Source of the DNA: Eledone cirrhosa
Lineage: Eukaryota
Reading direction: 5' to 3'
NCBI GenBank assembly: GCA_964016885.1
Contig: OZ024745.1
Location: 67,580,001-67,644,000 of the forward strand
Length of the DNA stretch: 64,000 nt
Shown here: positions 1-12,700 of the stretch, in pieces
Numbering within the stretch: position 1 is the first letter of the stretch
How the letters are laid out: every line of letters begins with the position of its first letter
Notes under the pieces: model-generated
Told to the model about the DNA's origin: nothing
Seen by the model: the letters and a program-made list of their open reading frames with translations, nothing else
Databases searched by the model: none
Position numbers and translations under genes: made by a program

Positions 1-242
1 TGCTTTTTTGCCGTGGCACCTCCACTGTTGGTCAATCGATGATAAACATTGATTGCCAGATAAATTAACTGTGGATATATAAAAGACACAGAGGTGAAAA
101 CCAATCCAAACCAAACAGTGAGTGTGTTTTATTATTATTTCTGGCAATATCATAACAATATGACCCTCCCCAAATATAACAACATTATATCATAATCATC
201 ATAATATATAGTTAGAATTTTATTTGTTAACAATAATACTCT

Positions 243-314
243 ATACTTAAAGAAAAGTAGAGTATAAATATCATGGTTTTCTGCCCTATAGTTAAGTAGT
301 TAAGCATTTACTGT

Positions 315-394
<80 letters not shown>

Positions 395-460
395 ACAGTA
401 AATGCTTAACTACAGGGCAGAAAACCATGATATTTATACTCTACTTTTCTTTAAGTATAT
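243..460. repeat. Inverted repeat (about 70-bp arms) around a (TA)n core
   Basis: 243-320 is the reverse complement of 389-460 apart from a short indel. Confidence 0.85.
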
Positions 461-520
461 ATATTATATATATATATATAATATATATATATATATATAA
501 TATATATATATATAATATAT

Positions 521-552
<32 letters not shown>

Positions 553-644
553 ATATATATATATATAATATATATATATATATATAATATATAATATATA
601 TATAATATATATATATATAATATATATATATATATATAATATAT

Positions 645-690
<46 letters not shown>

Positions 691-744
691 TATATATATA
701 TAATATATATATATATAATATATATATATATATATAATATATAT

Positions 745-776
<32 letters not shown>

Positions 777-857
777 ATATATATATATATATAATATATA
801 TATATAATATATATATATATAATATATATATATATATAATATATATATATATAATAT

Positions 858-889
<32 letters not shown>

Positions 890-897
890 ATATATAT

Positions 898-976
<79 letters not shown>

Positions 977-1096
977 TATATATAATATATATATATATAA
1001 TATATATATATATAATATATATATATATATAATATATATATATATAATATATATATATATATATAATATATATATATAATATATATATATATAATA
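457..1096. repeat. (TA)n microsatellite interrupted by extra A residues
   Basis: Direct reading. Confidence 0.98.
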
Positions 1097-1139
1097 TACG
1101 ATATTAAATAAATGGAAACTATATTTATAAAACCATATT

Positions 1140-1205
1140 TATTTCATTATATATATTTCAGGGATATCATATTAAAAATATGGTATGCCTTCATCAGACA
1201 AAATA
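1140..1205 (-). ncRNA. Mirror copy of the same hammerhead in the left arm
   Basis: Reverse complement of 1360-1425. Confidence 0.7.
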
Positions 1206-1359
1206 CAATATAAACAGTCTTATAAATAGATAGATTTGACATACCTTGCAACTTCAACTTCCATTTAAAAAGTTGATTTACTACCAAATCAACTTTTTAA
1301 ATGGAAGTTGAAGTTGTAAGGTATGTCAAATCTATCTATTTATAAGACTGTTTATATTG

Positions 1360-1425
1360 TATTTTGTCTGATGAAGGCATACCATATTTTTAATATGATA
1401 TCCCTGAAATATATATAATGAAATA
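1360..1425 (+). ncRNA. Minimal type I hammerhead ribozyme in the right arm of a palindrome
   Basis: TATTTTGT-CTGATGA-AGG...CCT-GAAA-TATATA-TA-ATGAAATA. Confidence 0.72.
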
Positions 1426-1562
1426 AATATGGTTTTATAAATATAGTTTCCATTTATTTAATATCGTAAATATACTCCAAATACTTGTTGAGTGCTTTTA
1501 TATCAGTTATAAATATTTACTCGTTGTAACCCAACAATTTAAATAAAACTTTGCATATATAT

Positions 1563-1595
<33 letters not shown>

Positions 1596-1614
1596 ATATA
1601 TATATATATAATAT

Positions 1615-1696
<82 letters not shown>

Positions 1697-1697
<1 letters not shown>

Positions 1698-2679
1698 TAG
1701 CATTAAAGCCCGGCGTTGCACGGGGTCAGTAAGTTACCAAAGTTAGGTTGCACCACCCATTTTATGGCACCACTTTTTTGTCTGCCAGGCACTGGGTGAA
1801 TGAATTGCAGACCTGGACTGCCGAAGCAGGAGCTGCGCCAGCAGTGACAATTGTAGTTTGGCCTATGGATATTATCTCTGTGCAAAGAAGTGTTGAAATT
1901 TATTGTTTCACAGTACTTGCGCAACACGCGCGTAGACGATTCCAGCCGAACAACAGAGCTGCGATGGAGTTGTTCTGCATGGTTGTCTAATGTGTGTTTT
2001 CTAAATTTAAGACAGTAGGGAGGGATGTGACATGGGGGAGAGTTCGCTGCTGTTTCTAGCAGGTTTAGTGACCTCATAGAGGATATGTGTTTTCTAAATT
2101 TAAGATAGTAGGGAGGGTGTGATATGGGGGAGAGTTAGCTGCTGTTTCTAGCAGGTTTAGTGACCTCATAGAGGATATTATTGTGTATAGTAAATAAACT
2201 GATACTTCTTTCTTCCACGTTCGTTGAGAGATGTTTTAAAAAAGATTTATCGTTATTTTTTTTTGTTGTTGAATAAATTTATCTGTTGCTTTGGAATAAT
2301 TGTTGTCATTGAAGTAAATAAATGTTTGACCGTTCCACACTCAAAAACAAACGTTCTCTCTCTCTCTCTCTTCTTTCTTCGGCGTTCCTAAAGGAAGTTT
2401 GTAAGTTTAAGCGTATATAAGAGAAAGTTGCAGCATGTATGCAGTTTTATCGAATTTTAAGGGGAGTAGAGAGAGGTAATCAGATTGTATTAGAGGGGGT
2501 AAAGCGTAATGTATTTAGTTTTATTGATTATTTCCGTAATTGTGGGTGGGTTTAAAAGAAATAAATAGTGGTTGACCTAAGTTAGACCATTTACAACATT
2601 CTTACAGTCTTTGAGTCAAATCGGTTTGAAATTGTGCAAATGTATAAACATGGAACATGCACACACTGCCTTTTATAGA
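1697..2679 (-). mobile_element. Non-autonomous Helitron-like element
   Basis: Minus-strand 3' end CCCGTGCAACGCCGGG hairpin followed by CTAG|T; probable 5' end TCTATAAAAGGC; internal ~90-bp tandem duplication at about 1995-2176. Confidence 0.7.
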
Positions 2680-2683
2680 TAAT

Positions 2684-2866
2684 TGTTTCCACTTTTGGCA
2701 CAAGGCCAGTAAATTACCCAGTACATTACTGGTACTTTATTTTATCGACTCCGTAAGGATGAAAGGCAAAGTTAACCTCGGCGGGATTTGAACTCAGATC
2801 ATAAAGGGACATAACTATGCTGGAAAGCATGGCGTCCGACCCTCTACCGATACTGCCAATCCACCG
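2684..2866 (-). mobile_element. tRNA-derived SINE, family 1
   Basis: Head GGTGGATTGGCAGTATCGGTAGAG, B-box GAGTTCAAATCC, body GCCTTTCATCCTTACGGRGTCGATAAAATAAAGTACCAG; TSD AGATAAT. Confidence 0.85.
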
Positions 2867-2872
2867 AGATAA

Positions 2873-2926
<54 letters not shown>

Positions 2927-3493
2927 AGGTGTTTACCATTCTTTTCAATTTACAGGGAAATGCATATATTTGGCCTGTAAGTTGGTAGTGTCAGAGTCAC
3001 GATAAAATGCTCTTAGTACACTCTATAAAGTGGTTCTTGTTAGGAAGAGCATCCAGCTCCCTGTACATTCTGTAGGGTAGACAGCATTAGGAAAGGCATC
3101 CAGCTATAGAAACCAATCCAAAACAAAGTGAATGAGCAGGACCTAGTCCCCTGACCAGTCAGGCATGCAATGGTCATCTAACCCATACAAACTTAGAAAA
3201 TAGACATTAAATAGTGATGATGAGTCCTAATATGTATGGTATTAATATTTGGTCCAATAATCAATTATCTTGATTATTTGATAAATAGTTTTACTTAGTC
3301 TAATGAAATTTCAGGTGTTTCTATGAGATTATAATGTTCTGGAAATTGAATTGCCAAATTCATTAAACTCAACTGTTTTTTTAACTCAACATTCCTAAGA
3401 TAAATTGCAGCTACATTGTGATATATTCATCCACAGAAATCTTAATATAAAACTAATACATTAAATTAAGCACAAATAACTTTAATGACTTAC

Positions 3494-3728
3494 CAAAAGT
3501 TGCAATCCATTTTAACAGTAGAATTTATATCGAATTTCCTGCCTTCATATTCACATGGGCACTCCACCCTATCAATACATTTGCCATTTTCAAAAAATGT
3601 TCCTAAAGGACATCGACAAGTGGACACACAAGGTAAATCACAGTCACTAATTTCATCAGTGTTGCCACATGTTCTTGGACATGGATCACTGCATTCATCA
3701 AACACCAATCCATCTGGGCAAGTGATTG
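3494..3728 (-). CDS. Exon 20: TIL domain plus start of E/VWC-like repeat
   Basis: ITCPDGLVFDECSDPCPRTC...CRCPLG...CPCEYEG...DCNF; tag acceptor, TG|gtaagt donor. Confidence 0.9.
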
Positions 3729-6700
3729 CTAATGAAAATAATAGATATTTTGTTTTAGAAAAAAATTTAATATTTTCAGTATTTTTTTTTTTTTTTAAAT
3801 CAGAAAATATATTAGAATGAGCATGCTTGTTGAAGTATTAAGAAAGTGTTTTAAAATAACTCCAAAAGAAAATGTAATCAAGAGGTTGTTGTATTAGAAT
3901 TCGATATAGGTAAGAAGGTGTATGTCTCAACCATACATTTTAAATGTACAAAATGTTTCAGATGTACAGGATTTATTAGTTATAGAAAGATTTGGATAAG
4001 AGATAAGGATTTCTTTATTGATAATAATGATTTCTTTACTTTATAAAGCAAAAAATAATGGTATATATTATTTGCTGTTTTGGCACACAAAAAAAGATGA
4101 AAATGATAGTGTCATAAACACCTAAAGAAGAAAGTAATGCTTACGACAAATATTTCCTTTCCTCCATTTTGGAATATATTTTCCCATTAATAAACATTCA
4201 TAGGAAATAGTTTCAACTGCTATACATGCTGCTGCCATAGCTTCTTGTGTATTATCAGAAGCACGAATCATTGAGAAACAATTTTCCATTAAAACTGGTT
4301 TCTTTTCCTGAAACAAGTTATTCATATTTTAAAGAAAACAGGGAAAACTATTGTTATTAGCAGTATCGGTAAACTGTTGGACAACATGCTTTGTGACATA
4401 TAGTTACAGCCCTTTACGTTCTGGGTTCAAATCCTGCCATGGTTAGATTTACCTTTAATGGAATGAGAGGCTGGCAAAGGAATATGTAATGGAAGAGAAA
4501 CAGTGTTAGAGAGGTGGGTAATGAAGGAAAACAATGCTGGAGAGGGTAATGGAAAGAGGGAGAGAGTAATGGAAAGAGAGGCAATAATGGAAGAGAAACA
4601 GTGTTAGAGAGGGTAATGGAAAGGGAGACAATGCTGGGGAGGTAATGAAAAGAGCAAGACACTGTTGGAGAGGGTAAGGGAAAGAGATAAAATAATAGAA
4701 GAGAGACAGTGATGGAAACAACATGTTTGTTGGTGAGAAAGTAAGTGATAGAGATGGGCAATGAAAGAGAAAGTATGTCAGTAACAAAGGGAATTGGGGA
4801 GCAGGAGTGATGGTTGGAAGCATTATTGTATTAAAATACAGAAATATTGGTACTGGAATATATTTTAGCATTGGGCAAAACTGAATTATGTTTTCAATTG
4901 TGATTTAGAATTAAAACTAAACTAAAACGCTATTAAAATAAATATGTCTGTTTCAATGACTTATTAGAATGCTAACAGATTATCAAAACAGAAACCAAAG
5001 TAACAGCTTCATTAAAATATTGAGCAATTTAATGTTTAAAAAATAGTAAGTAAAAGATATTAGGAATTAAATTTTGTCACTACTTTAAAATAAAAGAACT
5101 TACAGAAATATCACAGTTATAAAAAGAAAGGGCAATCCGGCAAACTGCGTTAGCATCTGGATATCTGTAATCAGGGGTTGTTGAAAGTCTGTTATTTTTA
5201 CACTGCAAAATAAAATCATGTTTACTTAAATGTTACATTAAAAGTTAGTAAAAGAGAAAATGTATTGATAATTATGAAGAACTTTTATTATTACATTTCT
5301 ATGGCAATATCAGTAGAGGGTTGGACGCCATGCTTTGATGCATAGAGTTACGGCCCTTTCCATTCTGAGTTTAAATCCCGCCAAGGTTAACGTTGCCTTT
5401 CATCCTTATGGGGTCGATAAAATAAAGTACCAGTAATGCACTAGGTAATTGCTGGCCTTGTGCCAAAAGTAGAAACAATTATTATATTTCTATAGTGAAT
5501 AAATATTCCTAAATGTGTTCATAGTACTGAATAAAAGGAAAAGAAACCAATGTTAAAAGCTTCATTCAGAAGAATAACTGAATTCTTATACATGAAATTC
5601 ATATGTAAGTGGCTGAGTATTCCACAGACACATGTACTCTTAATGCAATTCTTAAGCTGAACCAGCATGACATGATGTGACAAGAATGGACCTTCTAATT
5701 ACAGATAATATCCAGGGAAAGAGAGAGAGAAAGAATTCCTACAAATTTGACTTAGATAAATCAGTCAATAAGAATCTTAATGTTAGTACCTCATTATTAT
5801 ATGGCAATTAACTACACACAGACATCTTACAATGTATGCAGAGAAAGACCATTTGTGTGAAATTTTCATGAATTCACTCCAGCCTCTGATCCACAGACAA
5901 GCTGTTCCCTCTCTCTACTATTTCAACCACTACAACAATTGTCTCTGTTCACAGAGCTCCACTCTGACAATCTTGACTCACTTTATCTCACCTCCTTACC
6001 TTACTCATATTGCTTTCAACCCCATAAACTCTGGACTAACAACCACATCCAGACCTTTCTTCTCGGAACATCAGCCCTCAGGAATTCCCTCTTGTCACAT
6101 ATCTTTACTACAGTTGTCAACATGCAACAGTTTAAGCAGAATGCTAATAGCCTCACTCTCATCAGACTCACATGGCCTGAAAATGTAATGGCTCCAACCA
6201 ATACCTCCAAACCAAACTAATAAGAAAAATATATTTGACTTAACTAATGGTTTAAATGCCAAAGAAACATTTTTAATAGAAAACAATATTAATATATTTG
6301 AAAAATTTGTATACTTTTGTAATTTTGTATAATAAATAACATTTATTAAAACTGCTGAAATATTTTGTAAAATTTACATCTCAAATCAGTTAAGGTACCT
6401 ACTTTATTTGGCGGTGTTATATATGCTTTAATAAATTCTTCTGCATTAGCTAAACAGTCTCCTTCACGCCTGAAGAAATCATCTAAGAATAGATACAAAC
6501 AATTATACATGATAAAGATTATTGAATAAGAAGGGATAGAATTTAAATTTCATAAGTTATATCTTCATTAAAAATTTGATCATTTTCAGCAACTTTATAT
6601 AACACCTTTATATGAATACCTTTCTACGATGTAGTGGAGACATGAATTCTAACTCTTCAAGGCCTTTTTTGGAAGGGATCTGCTTTAAAATTTAGAATTC

Positions 6701-9700
6701 AAATCTCCACCTTAACATCATTATCATCATCATTGTTGTTGTTTTAACGTCTGCTTTCCCTGCTAGCAAGGGTTGAATGTGTCTACATAGACAAAGTCTG
6801 TACTGAAGCAGAGTCACTGATCTCCCAAGCAAACCAGGGATCTGTGTCTCACTTATGTATGGTCTCATGTTCCATCTAGTCCTCAGGAATATCTTAAACA
6901 GACACTTCTTACATAATAAACCATAAATTAATATAGCATTCTAGGAAGTATCAATTTATTCTATATTTAATTATAGACTTTGAAAACATAGTTTTTAATA
7001 ACATACACTGCTAGCTCAACATATTTTCATAGAAGTATAATAAATATACAATTTGAAATGGTAAATTGTGTCAAAAAAAAAATAGTATGAGTAAATAATG
7101 ACTACAATAGCAACTGAGGCTTAGTCATATCAAATTATTGAGTCAGAATCAATTTACTTACTGTTTTCATTTCCATCATAGTTACTGCATAATCCTCTAA
7201 GATTAGGGCTTTTGAAGAGGGATTCTGAAGGAATAATCTGAATATATAGTCTTTCATCCATCAATATACTTATTGGAATAGTTGAAAATTGAATAGCTAT
7301 ATAGTCATAACGTCTTGATACTTCAACACCTGGGGAGAAAAAACAACAGAATATCTCTTTTTGAATACATTTCTAGACAACAATGTCTGTTTTAAATAAA
7401 TCAATTTATCATACATTTGTATACAATAACACTTTGAAATCATAGAAATATGAAGCCAGTGAAGCTTGGATGCTCAGTTGAAAAACTAGATAGAAAGAAT
7501 ATCAAATGGTTTAATTGGCAATTTCATTATTTCACAATGTAAATGGTTACAGTATTTTTAAATTATCCTACACCCAGATGTATATATGTATGGACTCCTG
7601 AAGGAGTTGTAGGGTGACATACGGCATTTCTTAGGGCATTTTAAAATTTGGTAGAGCCAATCCCTTCTCCAGGCCTGAGTACAGCAGATTTCTTCCAGAG
7701 AAAGTTAGAGAGAAAAGGGGAAATAGAAATATAGAGGAAGAATCGACCCCAGTACGAGACTGGTACTTTTTTATCGACCTCAAATGGATTAAAGAGGAAG
7801 TTGACCTCAACACCATGATGTCTATTAGAAAAAACTTTCTACTTGTCTATTTACATTTTTATGTAGTTTTAAACATTAAATATAAACAAAAATTCGATCA
7901 CAAGAATCTTTAGGTGAAATATAACTAAATAAATACTATTGTGTGTCTTGGCTTGTTAAAAATTTAGAAGATATTTAAAAAAAGCTATTTGACTAACCAT
8001 CTTTAACTTCTCCATTTACATTCATTGGATTTCCATTCAACAGAACATTTCCTCCCTGAGCTGTCACAATGGTGTTTCCATATTTTACAAAAATTGTCTA
8101 AAGTTGAAAGAGACAGAAAATATAAAGTCATTCTAAAGTTTTATGTTGTATTTCCTTTTGTTTGTTTCTTATGGGGAAGGGATTTTTATAACTAAGAACA
8201 AAGGCATGAAATTTCATTATATTCATATGCAATGAAAATACAAACTAATTTAGATTTTAAAACATTCTATGTTAAAATATAATATAGCACTTAGAGAAAA
8301 AGTCAACATCCTCAATCCTACTAAGCAGCTCCTTGGGCAAGTGTTTCCTACTGTAGCCTTTATATAAGTTCATATAAACAAATAACCTACAGCTAAGCAA
8401 TTCGATGTGTGAAGATCAGTACCCTACTTAAAAGAGAAAGCAGCAAAAGTTGGCATCAGGAAAGTTATTTAAACCATAGAATACTGCTGCCTCCTAAAAA
8501 AAAAGTATCATCCAAACCATGCTAACATAAATAAATGGACATAAAAACAACATTGATGATGGTGATGATGATGATGAACTAAGAGTAAAAGGAAGTGTGT
8601 TAAAGGAACATGTTTTTTCTTTGTGAAGAGACATGCTAGTTTCAGGATTTTGGTGATATACTCTGATACCATACATTTCTAGACGATAGAAACCCATTTT
8701 GACCAGAATGAAGATGCATAATCTGAACTACTTTGAAGTAAGATTCATAAGAGTACATATATGGTTACAACAGGTAACAAATAATTTTCTCATCATAAAA
8801 ACATTTCTGAAAATATTCACTTCTAAATGTGTTTTTCTATCAAGTCTTATTTTGGTTGTAACTACTTTGTGATAGTAAAATATCTCATATAAGGTACAGA
8901 CATCACTGCATGAATAAGAAGTTTGTATTGCTACCATGTAGTTTCAGGTTTGATCCCACTGTGTGGTACCTTTGCAAGTGTTTTATTCCATAGCTTTATA
9001 CTATACTAAGTGGTTGGTGAAAACTATGTGGAAGCCCTCTATAGATGCATGTGTGTGTACATATATGTATGTGTATGTCTCCATGTATATCTTCATGTTG
9101 GTAAACGACTGGTACCAAGTGTTTCATCATCATCGCCGTTTTACGTCCATTCTTCCACACTAGCATGGGTTAGATGGGTTGTCCTGTTGTGGGCAATGCC
9201 AGGTTAGATGACCATGTCTTGCTCATACAGAACTGTTTATTTTGCAAAAACAGCATGTTCTGCAGCTTTACCATTTGACAAGGAAGGATCAATGAAATAA
9301 GTACTATACTTTAAAATATATAAGGTTTGGCATCAAGAAAGGCATCTAGTCATAGAATATTGACTGAAAACCATCCCATGGAAAAGCAGATTTAATTATG
9401 AAAAATATGAAATTAGTGCATACCTTTTCACAGGTCTCAAGTCTTATACAATTTTTGAATGTCAGCTTTATCCACCAGAAATTACTAAATTCAACCAGGT
9501 TATAAACACATGAAGGTGACTGGAGTGTGAAAAAGGAGCCATCAAATGTTCTAATAAGTCTGGTACCTTGGCTTTGACAGGTTGAATCCTTTTTTAGAGA
9601 TTGATCAATTATTGTGGTGTCTAGAAAATTTTGAAATATCATGTAAACATACATTAATAGAATATTTTAGATGTAAAAAGTATGCAACAAATTCATTGAA

Positions 9701-12700
9701 ATATATTTGACTTGGAATATTATGTTTAATAGTTTAACTTGTCTTTGTAATTAATATGGTTTCATAATTTGGTTGAAATTTTGTTGCTATTTTTAGTCTA
9801 TCAAGGTGTGTATTATTTTCTGGTATCAGTTGTAATTGTAAACAAAACTGAAACTATCTTCTTTGTTTTCACTCTGTCTTTCCTGTTTTAAATTACAAGT
9901 ATGTGAATTTCCATTTGGCTTCACAAGTAATTTTTGATAACTTGGATTATTTCCTATTTCAGTTAAATAATGCATGATGGAGTAGAGATTTAAACAATAC
10001 GTTTTCTATATGTATAAAATAGATGCAGGCATGGCTGTGTGATTAAAAAATTTGCTGCAATCAGTTGAGGCATATTGGATAAATGTCTAACTAAAACATG
10101 GAGCCATCCTTTGCAATATAGAGTACAATATTATCAGCTGGGAAGTTTGAGAAATTGTCACTCACGTTAGTCAATCTAAGAAAATATTATTTCAAATGTG
10201 TGTTTTAAGCAAAATTAAAGAGCCATTCTCATATTTATACTCTAAAGCTCAGATAATAAATTTATAAGATAATTGATATATAATTTCCCCACAAAATATG
10301 TAAATGAATAACAATTTAGATCCTTTGTAACATAAATTATTAGTCAATATTACTGCTAAAATTAAACTATATTTGACAAAACCAAACTTTTCTGTTATTG
10401 GAACAAATTTACATCACAATATTGAAAGAACAAAACCAAAAATCAACTTACTTTGATAATTGCACTTGATGCATTCTTTTCCAGGTAACCCCCAAGATCC
10501 ACTATCACGTTGACTACAGCAATCAGCAAGAGTTACAACTTTGCCAACATATTTCTTATAACCAGGTCCATTACAAAGAGTTTTCTCAAAGCAATATTTG
10601 AGAGCATTAGTTGTATCTTGAAAAATAAGAGGCATAAATATAGTTTGCACACAAAAAATTGAACTCAAATTGAAAATGTTAAAGGTATGCTTGATATTAA
10701 TGAAGTGAAAAAATATATGGCATTATTGGCTTTCCCTTCCCAAAACATTCTTGGCATTATGCTTAAATCCGAAACCATTATTCGTGTTAGTGTCTGATTA
10801 TGAATTTTTAACTCAACTTGGCAAAATCTTATAATTTTCTTGCATTGAATAAGAATTAAAGTGTTAAATGAATTTTGAAAACATCAGATTGATGAACTGA
10901 TCACTGGTTATGATAATTCTGTGGAGTAAAGTAGAGCCACCAGCTGTTCTTGAACACACCCTTTGCAATTGTCCATAACTGTGTCCTGAAAACCATAGCA
11001 GATGCCTTCTGCAGTGGGATGTTGAAGGTTTGCAAAACATTAAAAAATCAAGGTGTTTTTACCTGATATTTTATTTTCACACCGGTAGCCTACAAATCCA
11101 CCGATACAATTACATTTATCAGCAGCATAGCAAATTCCTTCATTTTGACAAGGAGGGATACATAATGCTGAAAAAAAAAAAACTTTATTGAAACATAACA
11201 CTGACATTTGTGTTAACATTATGTGTATTATTAACAACAACCATCATCTCTGCCTATGCACCACAATCAAATCTAATCAATGAACAAAAAGATCAGTTTT
11301 ATAAAGTCCCTTGCCTTAAAAACTAGAATAAGAAGAGGGAAGTAAAAGTTCAAGGATCTTTGACATTTGTTACCAACGATAGGCTTCTCTCACCAAGCAA
11401 AAAAATAAATTGTATGATGCTTGTGTGAGAGGTGGAATGTTGTATGAATGCAGAGGATATGTGAAGCCTGGAGAGAAATTCATCAAACATGCTCCACTGG
11501 ATAATGTGTGAAAGGCAAAGCACAGATGAGCTGTAGAAGCAACTGGGCGGGCAAAAGAGAAATCAGATGTACTGTACAGGAGAGAAAGTTGCACAGATAC
11601 AGACGTGTAATACATATGGATGGGGATCTTTGGGTGAAGAAGTGGCAAGAGTCCTAAGTGGAGAAATGCAGTAGCAGAGAAAATTTGGCTAAACAATGCA
11701 ATCATGAAAAAAACAGACGTAAGTACAATGATTATTGTTATTGGCAGTATCGGTAGAGCATCAGAAACCATGCTTTGCAGCATAGAGTTATGGCCCTTTA
11801 CGTTCTGAGTTCAAATCCACCTAGGTTAACTTTGCCTTTCATCCTTATGGGGTCGATAAAATAAAGCACCAGTCATGCACTGGAGTAATTGCTGGCCTTG
11901 TGCCAAAAGTAGAAACGTTATTATGAGCTTTTTCTTTATATTTAACTTTTAAAAAACTTTTCAATGGTACAAACTATCAATCTAATTTATTAATATTTGT
12001 TCCATAAGAAACTATTAAATGAGATATTTTGCTACTTACGTATATTGCATTTAGTGCCAGTCCAACCAGGGCAGCAAACTAATTCCTTTTTTATACTTAA
12101 TCTAAAATGAAATTTGTTAATCATATGTATTTATCAAGACAAAAATAAATGTTTTTCTTTTCTTCACCTAGTTAACTTAATAAATAAAGAATTTTAGAAA
12201 TTTCATTTCATCTTTATTCATTAAACCTTTTGATACCAAACTGCTTGAAACCATCCCTGACTTTCTGATAGTCTAAATCTGTCTCAAACCAGGAAGCTTG
12301 TCAGACCCGTGCTTATTCCATTTTCATGGCATGAAGTGACTGAGAGTAGAAGACTCCCAACTGGACAAGACGCCAGTCCATTGCAGGGTTAAACCCCCAG
12401 ATATTGCTGATACCCATTTACAGTATACTGGGGCAACCTGAAATGAAGTGTTTCACTCAAGAATACAACACACAACCCAGTCCAAGAATCAAACATTATG
12501 ATCGTAAGTCTCACAGCCTTACCACTAGGCTCTGTGCCTCCACAGACTTTCTGATAGAAAACTATTTGTTTTAAAGTGTTTATAGTTATCTAAAAACTTT
12601 CCTTCATAATTTTACATAACAGCCTTTGTTAAGTTAATATACAAAGTATATAAAAATTAATATACAAAGTATTTCATTAGAAATATGATAAACTAGTGTT

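Larger units (their letters stand above)
1097..1468. repeat. 183-bp near-perfect inverted repeat with a 6-nt loop (Penelope-type inverted pseudo-LTR)
   Basis: Arms 1097-1279 and 1286-1468 with one mismatch; unique tail to about 1554; flanked by (TA)n. Confidence 0.9.
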
